A DNA stretch of 64,000 bases from an uncultured Haloferula sp. Its GTDB lineage: Bacteria > Verrucomicrobiota > Verrucomicrobiia > Verrucomicrobiales > Akkermansiaceae. Position numbers and translations under genes: made by a program. Below are positions 10,689-20,500 of the stretch, piece after piece (position 1 is the first letter of the stretch; each line of letters begins with the position of its first letter). Below the pieces are notes generated by a model that was not told the origin of the DNA, ran no database searches, and saw only the letters and a program-made list of their open reading frames with translations. The stretch is taken from positions 64,001 through 128,000 of the forward strand of contig CBFGTS010000002.1 in the NCBI GenBank assembly GCA_965652295.1, read 5' to 3'.

Positions 10689-10758
10689 TCGAGTGGGCAT
10701 TTTTGGCTGTCAGTCATGAAAGGATGCGTCCTAGTTTCACGCACTGTCTTTACCGATC

Positions 10759-11811
10759 ATGCCTAGACCCGTTACTCTCTTCACCGGCCAGTGGGCCGAC
10801 CTGCCCGCCGAGGAACTCTTTCCGAAAGTCAAAGCCATGGGCTTCGATGGCGTCGAACTCGCCTGTTGGGGCGATCATTTCGACGTCCAGGCGGCGCTCC
10901 AGGACGATGGCTACATCGCCCGCCACTGGGAACTGCTGAAAAAGCACGACCTCGGCTGTTACTCAATCTCCGCCCACCTCGTCGGCCAGGCGATCTGCGA
11001 TCCCATCGATGCCCGCCACCAAGCCATCCTGCCCGGCCACGTCTGGGGCGATGGCGATCCGGAAGGCGTCCGCCAGCGCGCGGCGCAGGAGCTCATCGAC
11101 ACGGCCAAGGCCTGCCGCAAATTCCTCGATGCCGGCAAGGACTACATGGCCGGTCGCGCCGCCGGCTCGGGCAAAGCGGTGGTGAACGGCTTCACCGGTT
11201 CCTCGATCTGGCACGCGCTCTATGCGTTTCCGCCCACCAGCCAGGCCTACCTCCAGGCGGGTTTCGACGATTTCGCGAAGCGCTTTCTTCCCATCCTCGA
11301 GGCCTTCGAGAAAGAAGACGTCTATTTCGCGCTGGAAGTCCACCCGACGGAGATCGCCTTCGACATCGCCAGCGCCGACCGCGCGGTCGAAGCGGTGAAA
11401 GGCCACCCGCGGTTCGGTTTCAACTACGACCCCAGTCACCTCGGCTATCAGGGTGTGGACTACGTGAAATTCATCCGGCACTTCGCCGACCGCATCCACC
11501 ACGCCCACATGAAGGACGCCTGGTGGGGCCACGGAAATGGCGATGCCGGCGTGTTCGGCGGGCACACCGACTTCGGCGACGCCCGGAGGTACTGGGACTT
11601 CCGTAGCGTCGGACGCGGCGACATCAATTTCGAGGAGGTCATCGTGGCGCTCAATGACATCGGCTACACCGGTCCGCTTTCCATCGAATGGGAAGACGGC
11701 CGCATGGACCGTTTCCACGGCGCGACCGAGAGCTGCGCCTATGTGAAGGACCTCGATTTCCCCGTGAACCAAGCGGCCTTCGACGCTGCCTTCGATCGCA
11801 AGAACCAGTGA
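10759..11811 (+). CDS. Sugar phosphate isomerase/epimerase (xylose isomerase-like TIM barrel)
   Basis: [27 protein letters not shown] and SIEWED metal-ligand motifs. Confidence 0.9.
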   Translation: MPRPVTLFTGQWADLPAEELFPKVKAMGFDGVELACWGDHFDVQAALQDDGYIARHWELLKKHDLGCYSISAHLVGQAICDPIDARHQAILPGHVWGDGDPEGVRQRAAQELIDTAKACRKFLDAGKDYMAGRAAGSGKAVVNGFTGSSIWHALYAFPPTSQAYLQAGFDDFAKRFLPILEAFEKEDVYFALEVHPTEIAFDIASADRAVEAVKGHPRFGFNYDPSHLGYQGVDYVKFIRHFADRIHHAHMKDAWWGHGNGDAGVFGGHTDFGDARRYWDFRSVGRGDINFEEVIVALNDIGYTGPLSIEWEDGRMDRFHGATESCAYVKDLDFPVNQAAFDAAFDRKNQ

Positions 11812-11822
11812 TTTCCAGCAAG

Positions 11823-12989
11823 ATGAGCGCATTCAAACGAAAAATCCGATACGGCATGGTGGGCGGAGGCCAGGGGGCCTTCATTGGGGCGGTGCATCGC
11901 ATCGCCGCGGCGATGGATGGCCAGATCGAACTGGTTTGCGGGGCGTTCTCGTCCGATCCGCAACGTTCGAAAGACTCGGGCGCGGACCTGTTTCTCGCAC
12001 CAGACCGCTGCTACGCGACCTACGAGGAGATGATCGAAAGGGAGGCCGCACTGCCGGCCGACCAGCGGATGGAGTTCGTCTCGATCGTGACTCCCAACCA
12101 CGTCCATTTCCCCGCCGCAAAAGCCGCACTGGAGGCGGGGTTCCACGTGATGTCGGACAAACCCGCCACTCTCGACCTCGCGGAGGCGAAAGCCCTGCAG
12201 AAGATCGTCGAGGAGACCGGCCTGCTCTACGGACTGACCCACAACTACACCGGCTATCCCATGGTCAAGCAGGCGCGTGACATGGTGGCCGCCGGGGACC
12301 TTGGTCAGATCCGCAAGATCGTTGTCGAGTATCCGCAAGGCTGGCTCGCCACCAAACTGGAAGACACCGGCCAGAAGCAGGCCGCCTGGCGGTCCGATCC
12401 GAAGAAATCCGGTGCCGCCGGGGCTTTCGGCGACATCGGCAGCCACGCGGAGAACCTGGCCGAGTTCATTTCCGGACTGCCCATCGCCGAGCTGGCGGCG
12501 GACATCACGACCTTCGTCGATGGCCGCTTGCTTGATGACGATGGCAACGTGCTGCTGCGCTTCGAGGGCGGAGCGAAAGGAATCCTGCACTGCTCGCAGA
12601 TCAGTGTGGGCGAGGAAAACAACCTCAACATCCGCGTCTGGGGCGAGAAGGGTGGACTGGAGTGGCACCAGACCGAGCCGAACACGCTGCTCGTGAAATG
12701 GAACGATCAGCCGGATCAGATCTACCGGACCGGCACCGGCTACCTCGGTGGCAACGCCGCCTCCGCGACACGCACCCCACCGGGGCATCCCGAGGGCTAC
12801 CTCGAAGCTTTCGCCAACCTCTACCGCAATTTCGCCAATCACGTCCGGGCGGTCGCTGATGGAGTGGAGCCCGATGCGGTGGCATTGGATTACCCGAAAA
12901 TCTCGGACGGACTGCGGGGCATGGCCTTCATCAAGGCTGTCGTCGCCTCGTCAAAGGCAAACGCGGCGTGGACGAAACTCGATCTCTAA
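11823..12989 (+). CDS. Gfo/Idh/MocA family oxidoreductase
   Basis: GMVGGGQGAFIG, VTPNHVH, SDKP and GDIGSH motifs. Confidence 0.92.
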   Translation: MSAFKRKIRYGMVGGGQGAFIGAVHRIAAAMDGQIELVCGAFSSDPQRSKDSGADLFLAPDRCYATYEEMIEREAALPADQRMEFVSIVTPNHVHFPAAKAALEAGFHVMSDKPATLDLAEAKALQKIVEETGLLYGLTHNYTGYPMVKQARDMVAAGDLGQIRKIVVEYPQGWLATKLEDTGQKQAAWRSDPKKSGAAGAFGDIGSHAENLAEFISGLPIAELAADITTFVDGRLLDDDGNVLLRFEGGAKGILHCSQISVGEENNLNIRVWGEKGGLEWHQTEPNTLLVKWNDQPDQIYRTGTGYLGGNAASATRTPPGHPEGYLEAFANLYRNFANHVRAVADGVEPDAVALDYPKISDGLRGMAFIKAVVASSKANAAWTKLDL

Positions 12990-12996
12990 CACAACC

Positions 12997-13863
12997 ATGA
13001 AACCCGGATTGATCATGTCGATGGGAGCCTGTGGGGCGGTGCTGTTGATGGCCGCGGCACCGGAAAACGAGCAGCCTCCTGCAGGGGCTGCGGAGAAAAT
13101 CGCCGAGGCGCTGCCCGCGGAGCCCTTCGTCAAGCCCGCCAAGGCGAGGAAGGTGCTGGTGTTTTCGAAAACGGGCGGGTTCCGCCACGAATCGATCGCC
13201 ACCGGCAAGGTCGCGCTGGCGGAGCTGGGCGAGAAGACCGGAGCCTTCGAAGCGGTGATCAGCGATGACGTGGCGAATTTCGAGAAGGGGAAGATCGACG
13301 CCTTCGACGCGATCGTTTTCCTCAGCACGACCCAGAACCCTTTCCAGGGTGCCGGGAACGAGAAGGACCTGAAGGACAACCTGATGGCTTTCGTGAAGGG
13401 CGGAAAGGGTTTCGTCGGGATTCATGCCGCGACGGACACCTTCTACGAGTGGCCGGAGTATGGTGAAATGATGAACGGCTACTTCGATGGCCATCCTTGG
13501 ACCGCCGACAAAAAGGTGCACATCGACGTCGAACCGGGCCAGGAGAAGCATCCGCTGGCAGCGATGTTCGAGGGCGAGCCGATGGAGTTCGAGGAGGAGA
13601 TCTATCAGTTCAAGGATCCCTACGATTCGTCCAAGGTCACGATGCTGCTGCGCCTGGACCCGAAGAAGAGCGATCCGGTGGGTGGTATGAAGCGCGAGGA
13701 CAACGACTACGGCGTGGCCTGGGCGCGCAACTGGGGCGAGGGCCGCGTCTTCTACTGTTCGCTGGGCCACAACCACCACATCTACTGGAATCCCAAGGTG
13801 CTGAGGCACTACCTCGCCGGCATCCAGTGGGCGATGGGGGATCTTGAGGCGGAGGTGGAGTAG
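12997..13863 (+). CDS. ThuA-like domain protein, exported
   Basis: Signal peptide, KVLVFSKTGGFRHESI, GFVGIHAA and GRVFYCSLGH motifs. Confidence 0.88.
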   Translation: MKPGLIMSMGACGAVLLMAAAPENEQPPAGAAEKIAEALPAEPFVKPAKARKVLVFSKTGGFRHESIATGKVALAELGEKTGAFEAVISDDVANFEKGKIDAFDAIVFLSTTQNPFQGAGNEKDLKDNLMAFVKGGKGFVGIHAATDTFYEWPEYGEMMNGYFDGHPWTADKKVHIDVEPGQEKHPLAAMFEGEPMEFEEEIYQFKDPYDSSKVTMLLRLDPKKSDPVGGMKREDNDYGVAWARNWGEGRVFYCSLGHNHHIYWNPKVLRHYLAGIQWAMGDLEAEVE

Positions 13864-13878
13864 GAGACGGCGGCGATC

Positions 13879-13914
13879 TTTCGGAGTGCTCCGACATGTC
13901 GGAGCAGTCCGAAA
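13879..13914. repeat. 36-bp near-perfect palindrome (REP-like) between convergent genes
   Basis: TTTCGGAGTGCTCCGACATGTCGGAGCAGTCCGAAA has one mismatched pair; core TGCTCCGACATGTCGGAGCA is perfect. Confidence 0.75.
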
Positions 13915-13929
13915 ACACCAACAGAAGCC

Positions 13930-16900
13930 CTACGCGAACCAGCGGACGCCGGCTTCGAAGATGGGCTGGAATTTCTCGCCGGGGACGTTCTTCGCAACGT
14001 TCATGCCGCGGCGCTCGGAGTGGCCCATTTTGCCCAGAACCCGGCCGCAGGGGCTGGTGATGGCCTCGATGGCGGCAACGGAGCCGTTCGGATTGGTGGC
14101 GACGTCCATCGCGGGATTTCCGTCGATGTCGCAATACTGGGTGGCGATCTGACCGCCTTCGATGAGGGAGGCGAGCACTTCGGGTGAAGCAACGAATTTG
14201 CCCTCACCATGGGAAAGGGGGATGCGGTGGAGGTCTCCGGGGTGGTTCAGCGCGAACCACGGTGAGCGGTTGTCGACGATGCGGGTGGTCGCGTAGCACG
14301 AGAGGTGGCGGCCGATGTCGTTGTGGAAGAGCGTGGGGCTCTGCTCGTCGAGCTCGCGGATCTCGCCGTAGGGAACGAGGCCGGTCTTGATGAGGGCCTG
14401 GAAGCCGTTGCAGATCCCGAGAATGAGACCGTCGCGGTTCTTGAGCAGATCCATCACGGCGTCGGCCACGCGTGGGTTGCGCAGGACGGTAGCGATGAAC
14501 TTTGCGGAGCCATCGGGCTCGTCACCCGCGCTGAAGCCGCCGGGAATGAAGAGGATCTGCGATTGGCGGATCTCCTCGGCGAGGCGTTCGAGGGATTGTT
14601 CGATGTGCCCGGCGGTGAGATTGCGAAAGACTTCGATGTGAGTGATCGCGCCCGCTTCCAGGAAGGCTTTGGCGGAATCGTATTCCGAATTGGTTCCGGG
14701 GAAAGCGGGGATGATCACCCGCGGTTGGGGGAGCGGAGATGCGGCACGGATCGGTCCGGGAATCTTGGACGGAGCGATCGTCACTGCGTCGCCCAAGGGG
14801 GCGTCATCGGGTTGCGTGGGATAGACGTGCTCAAGCGTTCCCGTCCATGCGTCGAGGAGGGCGGAAAGGTGATGCGTTTCCCCGCCCAGCGTCAGCACCG
14901 GCTCGGAGGTGGTGGTGCCAAGAGTGATGGCGCCGAATGAGGCGTGCAGGGGATCGGCGTGCTCGATGAGGAAGGCGGCGGGGCGGGGGGTGAAGAGGTC
15001 CTGGGCCTGGCGGATGGAATCCGCCGCCACGAAGCCGAGCCCGTTGCCGAAGCAGCAAAGGGCGAGGGCGTGGGCGATGCCGCCAATGCCGACGTGCTTC
15101 ATGGAAAGGATGGCACCGGACTTGTTGAGGCCGTGAAGCTTGGCGGCCAAACTACGGAGAGCGTCGTAGTCGGGGAGTCCGTCGTCGGTGGCGGGAACTT
15201 CGACGAGGCTGACGGTCGACCTGGCTTCCTTGAACTCGGGCGAAAGGGCGAGCGAGGCTTGGCCCGGTGCGAGGGCAAAGGACACGAGGGTCGGAGGGAC
15301 GTCGAGCTCGTTGAAGGATCCGGACATCGAATCCTTGCCGCCGATCGCGGCGAGGCGGAGTCCGTGCTGTGCATCGAAGGCACCGAGCAGGGCAGCGAAA
15401 GGAAGACCCCAGCGGGCGGGATCGTCGCCGAGCTTGGGAAAGTATTCCTGAAGCGTGAGGCGGGTGTCTTCAAGGCGGGCACCGGCGGACACCAGCTTGA
15501 GGACGGACTCGGTGACGGCCCAGGCCGCACCGTGAAAGGGAGAGGCGGAACTACGGTGCGGGTCGTAGGCCCAGCTCATGAAGGAGGCGGTGTCGGTGTC
15601 ACCTTCGAGCAGCGGGAGCTTGGCGACCATCGCGTCCGGCGGAGTGAGCTGTCGGTCGCCTCCGAAGGGCCAGAGGACGGTGGAGGCACCGACGGAGCCG
15701 TCGAACATTTCGCCGAGACCTTTTTGGGAGGCGAGGTGGAGACTGGCGAGGTGCTCGGGAAGACTGCGATCAGCGGTCGCTTCTACGGCCTGTGGCCAGC
15801 GGCCGCAGCCACGGACGTGAATCGTGGCCGATTGTTGGACGCCGTTGGTATCGAGGAAAGCGCGGGAGAGATCGACGATGATCTTGCCGCGCCAGGTCAT
15901 GCGAAGGCGGCCGTGGTCGCGGACGTCGGCGACGTGGACGCACTCAAGGTTTTCCGCGTCGGAGGCGGCGACGAAGAAGTCCACGTCGGCGGGGTCGACA
16001 CACACGGCCATCCGTTCCTGGGACTCGGAAATGGCAAGCTCGGTGCCGTCGAGGCCGTCGTATTTCTTCGGCACGGCATCGAGGTCGATATCGAGCGAGG
16101 GAGCGATTTCGCCAATGGCGACGGACACCCCTCCGGCTCCGAAGTCGTTGCAGATCTTGATCCGTTGGGAGAGGTCGGGATTGCGGAAGAGTCGCTGGAT
16201 CTTCCGCTCGGTCGGGGCGTCACCCTTCTGGACCTCGGCGGAGTTCTCGAGAGCGGTATCGGTGTGTTCTTTGGAGGAGCCGGTGGCTCCGCCGACGCCA
16301 TCGCGACCGGTGCGGCCGCCGATGAGCAGAATCACGTCGCCGGGGGCGGGAGTGCCGCGGAACACGTTGGAGCGGGGAGCGGCGGCGACCACGGCACCGA
16401 TTTCGAGGCGCTTGGCGACGTAGCCGGGATGATAAATCTCCGCGACCTGGCCGGTGGCGAGGCCGATCTGATTGCCATAGGACGAGTAGCCCTTGGCGGC
16501 GACCTGGCAGATTTTCCGCTGCGGCAGCTTGCCGGGGAGGGTTTCGGAAACAGGAACGGTGGGATCGGCCGCGCCGGTGACCCGCATCGCCTGATAGACA
16601 TACGAGCGACCGGAAAGCGGGTCACGGATGCAGCCGCCGAGGCAGGTGGCCGCGCCGCCGAAGGGCTCGATCTCGGTCGGGTGATTGTGGGTCTCGTTCT
16701 TGAACTGGATCAGCCATTCCTCGGGACGGACAGTCCCGTCGGGTTTGGAAATATCGGCCGTGACGACGATCGATGCGGCATTGATTTCCTCGGACTCCTC
16801 AAGGTTGTCGAGTTCGCCGGAGGCGCGCAGTTCGCGCATGCCGATCAGGGCGATGTCCATCAGGGTGACGTCGCGGTCCTGCCGACCGAGCTGCTCGCGG

Positions 16901-17649
16901 ACCGACTGATAGGTTTTCCACGCGCGCTGCACCGGCTCGGCGTCCTTATCGAAACTGACGTCGGCGATGCGGGTGAGGAAAGTGGTGTGGCGGCAGTGGT
17001 CGGACCAGTAGGTGTCGAGCATCCGGATCTCGGTGATGCTCGGCGCGCGCCCCTCTTCGTCGCGGAAGTATTTTTGGCAAAACGCGACGTCCTCCGGAGA
17101 CATCGCAAGTCCGAGGTCGGCCCGGAGCTCGGCGGGATCCGCGGCCATGAAGCCGTCAAGGATGGCCACGTCCGCCGGCATGCCGGGACGGGTCTGGAAC
17201 GAAGGCGCTTCCAGCGGCACCTCGTGGGAATCGACCGTGTTGATGAGGTAGTTCTTGATCGCGGCGATCTCGGAATCGTCGAGCGGCCCGCACGGGATGA
17301 TCACGCGGGCGGAAGCGACGCGCGGGCGTTCGCCACTGGTCAGGATCTGGATGCACTGCGCGGCGGAGTCGGCGCGCTGATCGAACTGCCCGGGAAGGTA
17401 CTCGATGACGAAGGGATGCTCGTTTTCCACTACTTCCAGCTCGTGCGAGGTGCGGTCGATCTGGGGCTCGCTGAGGATGCCGCGAACGGCGGCGGCGAAC
17501 TGTTCGTCATCGAGTCCGTCGAGATCGTAGCGCTGGACGAGGCGCAGACCCTGGAGATGGGGGACTTCGAGGGATTCCCGGAGTTCGTGGAGGAGGTGGC
17601 GCGCTTCGTTGGAGAATGCCGGCGTTTTTTCGACGAAAAGACGATGCAT
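13930..17649 (-). CDS. purL: Phosphoribosylformylglycinamidine synthase (large fused PurL)
   Basis: DTYWSDHCRH, KNETHNHPTEIEPFGGA and DFGAGG motifs; C-terminal glutaminase GICNGFQ…MGHSER. Confidence 0.96.
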   Translation of the reverse strand: MHRLFVEKTPAFSNEARHLLHELRESLEVPHLQGLRLVQRYDLDGLDDEQFAAAVRGILSEPQIDRTSHELEVVENEHPFVIEYLPGQFDQRADSAAQCIQILTSGERPRVASARVIIPCGPLDDSEIAAIKNYLINTVDSHEVPLEAPSFQTRPGMPADVAILDGFMAADPAELRADLGLAMSPEDVAFCQKYFRDEEGRAPSITEIRMLDTYWSDHCRHTTFLTRIADVSFDKDAEPVQRAWKTYQSVREQLGRQDRDVTLMDIALIGMRELRASGELDNLEESEEINAASIVVTADISKPDGTVRPEEWLIQFKNETHNHPTEIEPFGGAATCLGGCIRDPLSGRSYVYQAMRVTGAADPTVPVSETLPGKLPQRKICQVAAKGYSSYGNQIGLATGQVAEIYHPGYVAKRLEIGAVVAAAPRSNVFRGTPAPGDVILLIGGRTGRDGVGGATGSSKEHTDTALENSAEVQKGDAPTERKIQRLFRNPDLSQRIKICNDFGAGGVSVAIGEIAPSLDIDLDAVPKKYDGLDGTELAISESQERMAVCVDPADVDFFVAASDAENLECVHVADVRDHGRLRMTWRGKIIVDLSRAFLDTNGVQQSATIHVRGCGRWPQAVEATADRSLPEHLASLHLASQKGLGEMFDGSVGASTVLWPFGGDRQLTPPDAMVAKLPLLEGDTDTASFMSWAYDPHRSSASPFHGAAWAVTESVLKLVSAGARLEDTRLTLQEYFPKLGDDPARWGLPFAALLGAFDAQHGLRLAAIGGKDSMSGSFNELDVPPTLVSFALAPGQASLALSPEFKEARSTVSLVEVPATDDGLPDYDALRSLAAKLHGLNKSGAILSMKHVGIGGIAHALALCCFGNGLGFVAADSIRQAQDLFTPRPAAFLIEHADPLHASFGAITLGTTTSEPVLTLGGETHHLSALLDAWTGTLEHVYPTQPDDAPLGDAVTIAPSKIPGPIRAASPLPQPRVIIPAFPGTNSEYDSAKAFLEAGAITHIEVFRNLTAGHIEQSLERLAEEIRQSQILFIPGGFSAGDEPDGSAKFIATVLRNPRVADAVMDLLKNRDGLILGICNGFQALIKTGLVPYGEIRELDEQSPTLFHNDIGRHLSCYATTRIVDNRSPWFALNHPGDLHRIPLSHGEGKFVASPEVLASLIEGGQIATQYCDIDGNPAMDVATNPNGSVAAIEAITSPCGRVLGKMGHSERRGMNVAKNVPGEKFQPIFEAGVRWFA

Positions 17650-17733
17650 GAGGGTGTGGTGCGAAACCGCGGAGGGTAGCGGCGGATCGGGTGAGGGCAA
17701 GGCGCGGTTGATCCGGATGTCAGACGCCGGGAA

Positions 17734-18723
17734 TCACTCGCCTTGGAAAGGACGGGCGCGGCCGTGGTCGATACAATCGCAGAGCCAGTCGATGAGACCG
17801 GCAGTTTCCGTGCTTTCGCGGCGCAGAGTCTCGAAGGCACCCCAGTCGATGTGCTGACGGTGGCGCGGGGCGGCAATGCGCTCGAACTGGATTCGCTCGA
17901 CCAGCGCCTCGGTTTCCTTTGGGTGCGCGTTGAGGATGTGGGCGGCGCGCGGGAGATCGTCGAGTGTTTCGATATCGATCCCGAACGAGCTGACCCCGAC
18001 GCCGAAAGCGGCATTCAGAGCGCGGAGGCCGTCGGCGAGCGCCTCATCGACGATCGGGGCGGCGTACACCAGCTCGCCCCCCTGGGTCCAGGTCGAGGCG
18101 GAAAGGGTTTGGAAAAAGTCTTCGCGGAAGCCATGGAGCGAGGCTTGGATCCGCAGTCGCGTGCTGGTGAGCCGAAAGGGGGGAAGCCCGAGGCGCTGTT
18201 TGAGCGAGAGCATGCGCGATTCAAGCGTCATGGCCTCGTCGTGGTCCTCACCGGTCTGCCAATCGACCAGGATCATTTCGGGGTACTTCCAGAGATTTCC
18301 GAGAGGGGATCCGGCGGTGAACACACTGCGGAATTCAAAGGGAAACCGGCTGCTGAGTTCGTTGTAACGGCGGACGATGGCGCGGAATTTTTTCACCCGC
18401 TCCAAAGCGTGATCGATCGCTTTGGAATCGCTGCCGAGGTCGTCGAGGCGGCCCTGGCTGAGCGAAAGGAGCTCCTGCGCTCCGGAGAGGGCGGGGACCG
18501 GAGCGGAGCGGCGGTAGTAGCCCTGGCCTTTTTCCACCTTGGCGATCGGCGACGCCGGATCGCAGGACATGATGGAGAAATGATAGCGCAGCGATGCGTC
18601 GGAGTAATTGCCGGTGAGCTGGAGACGGACGAGGCGGATGAGCTCGGTCCCCTTGATGGCTTCGGCGGGATTACTGGGAAGCAGGGAGGGAAGGAGGTCC
18701 GTTAACTGGCTGCGGAGGCTCAT
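17734..18723 (-). CDS. HrgA/COG2958-like protein (N-terminal winged HTH plus degenerate PD-(D/E)XK fold)
   Basis: GNLWKYPEMILV and FREDFFQTLSASTWTQGGELV resemble the recalled COG2958 motifs W.HPD.V and FFQAVSNSSWA..GYLV. Confidence 0.55.
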   Translation of the reverse strand: MSLRSQLTDLLPSLLPSNPAEAIKGTELIRLVRLQLTGNYSDASLRYHFSIMSCDPASPIAKVEKGQGYYRRSAPVPALSGAQELLSLSQGRLDDLGSDSKAIDHALERVKKFRAIVRRYNELSSRFPFEFRSVFTAGSPLGNLWKYPEMILVDWQTGEDHDEAMTLESRMLSLKQRLGLPPFRLTSTRLRIQASLHGFREDFFQTLSASTWTQGGELVYAAPIVDEALADGLRALNAAFGVGVSSFGIDIETLDDLPRAAHILNAHPKETEALVERIQFERIAAPRHRQHIDWGAFETLRRESTETAGLIDWLCDCIDHGRARPFQGE

Positions 18724-18892
18724 GGCAAGAAGTGCGCGGTCCGGGGGGGACTGCTGCGCAGTATCCAACGGGAGCGCCCGGCTGGCAGACAAGCTCCAAA
18801 GGTGGCTTTTTTGCAGAATGCCCGACGAAGGCGGCGAAATTTTTGGCGATGATCCGGCTTGCTTGCTGGCGTGGTCGGGAGCTGGGTCGGGC

Positions 18893-19501
18893 ATGCGCGA
18901 TTGGCATGCCTGCTGGATGGAGGGGGAAACGCCGTGGGATCGTGGATCGGCGGCACCACCCCTGATCGAATTACTGGAGAGTGAAGCCGGAAGCTTTTTG
19001 AAAGATGCGACGGTGCTGGTGCCCGGCTGCGGCTCCGGCCATGACGTGCGGGCGTTGGCCGATCACGGAGCAAGACCGGTGGGGCTGGACCTTTCGCCGA
19101 AGGCGATCGATGTGGCCCGCGGGATGTCGGATGGGAACGCGAGCTACGAGAGCGGGGATTTCCTCGATGGATCACGGACCGGCTACGATGCCCTATGGGA
19201 GCACACGTGCTTTTGCGCAATCGAGCCGCACCAGCGCCGCGCCTACATTGCGGCGGCAGCGCGGGCGGTGAAGCCGGGCGGCAGGCTGTGCGCGGTGTTT
19301 TACCTCGATCCGGACAACGATGAGGAAGGTCCGCCCTATGCGGTGGACGAGGCGGAGATCCGTGAACGCTTCGGGCCGTATTTCCGGATGCTGGAAGCCT
19401 GGGTGCCCTCGATGAGCTACCCCGGCCGGGAGGGTCGCGAATGGCTGGTGGTGGCTGAGCGAAATTCCGAAGAAGTTGCGCCGGAGCGCGTGCCGGAGTA
19501 A
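18893..19501 (+). CDS. Thiopurine S-methyltransferase (TPMT)-family SAM methyltransferase
   Basis: TPWDRG, VLVPGCGSGHD, EHTCFCAI and GPPY motifs. Confidence 0.9.
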   Translation: MRDWHACWMEGETPWDRGSAAPPLIELLESEAGSFLKDATVLVPGCGSGHDVRALADHGARPVGLDLSPKAIDVARGMSDGNASYESGDFLDGSRTGYDALWEHTCFCAIEPHQRRAYIAAAARAVKPGGRLCAVFYLDPDNDEEGPPYAVDEAEIRERFGPYFRMLEAWVPSMSYPGREGREWLVVAERNSEEVAPERVPE

Positions 19502-19516
19502 GGGAATCCGCAGCAA

Positions 19517-20500
19517 ATGACGGTCACGCCGCGCATCATTCTGGCCATCGTCCTCACCGCGGGTTCCGCGGTGGCGGAACGTTCGTGGATCAACGATAAA
19601 CGCGTGCCGGAAGGACGGAAGGACCTCAAGGAGATCCAGCGCTTGATGCAGGAAGCGCTGCCGAAAGCGCGGGCGGCGACGGTCTGTATCCAGCTCGGTC
19701 AGGGCTCCGGCAGCGGCGTGGTGGTTAGTGAGGACGGACTGATCATGACTGCGGCGCACGTGACCGGCGGGATCGGGCGAACGTTCTCGGTGATTTTCGA
19801 AGACGGACGTGAAGTGAAGGCGGAGTCGCTGGGACTGAACTCGGAGACCGATTCGGCGCTGGCCCGGATCGTCGAGCCGGGCAGCTATCCCTTTGTGGAA
19901 CTCGATCGAAGCGAAGGCGTTCAGCTGGGCGATTGGGTTTTCGCGCTAGGGCACGCAGGCGGGTTTGACAAAGACCGCGGAGTCGTTTTCCGGCCAGGGC
20001 GGATCGTCCGCATGACCGGGACGACGCTCCAGTCCGACTGTAGTCTGATCGGGGGGGATTCCGGCGGTCCACTCTTCGATCTCGAAGGAAATCTGGTGGG
20101 GATCCATTCGCGGGTCGGTGCCAAGCTGCCGGAAAACATGCACGTGCCCACCTCCGAGTTTCTCGGGAAATGGGATCAGCTCAAGGGGGCCGAGTTTCTC
20201 GGTACCGGTCCGTTCGCCGAAAAACCTGAGATCGGAAGCGCGTTTCTCGGCGTGCTCGTCGAGGCTCGTTCGGCCGGCGGCGTGGTTGTGGAAAAGGTGG
20301 GTCGCGAGTCCCCTGCGGAGAAAGCCGGCATGAAGGCCGGAGACGTCATCCTCAGCGTCGACGGAGTGCCGCTGACCGATCGGGAATCGCTGAAGCGCTG
20401 GCTCGACACCAAGGCTCCGGACGAGCAGGTGGCTTTTGAGATGTTACGCAGCGGCGAGACGGAAACCTTGACCATGAGATTGGGGGATCGCGATGCGTGA
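19517..20500 (+). CDS. S1C trypsin-like serine protease with PDZ domain
   Basis: GSGVVVS, TAAHV (His), TDSAL (Asp), GDSGGP (Ser); C-terminal PDZ (SPAEKAGMKAGD). Confidence 0.9.
   Translation: MTVTPRIILAIVLTAGSAVAERSWINDKRVPEGRKDLKEIQRLMQEALPKARAATVCIQLGQGSGSGVVVSEDGLIMTAAHVTGGIGRTFSVIFEDGREVKAESLGLNSETDSALARIVEPGSYPFVELDRSEGVQLGDWVFALGHAGGFDKDRGVVFRPGRIVRMTGTTLQSDCSLIGGDSGGPLFDLEGNLVGIHSRVGAKLPENMHVPTSEFLGKWDQLKGAEFLGTGPFAEKPEIGSAFLGVLVEARSAGGVVVEKVGRESPAEKAGMKAGDVILSVDGVPLTDRESLKRWLDTKAPDEQVAFEMLRSGETETLTMRLGDRDA

Noticed and set aside
14944..17679. 911-aa + strand ORF, and similar long antisense ORFs (3026-5314, 28603-30735, 46228-47871)
   Set aside because: These are shadow frames opposite well-supported genes in high-GC DNA and carry no recognisable motifs.
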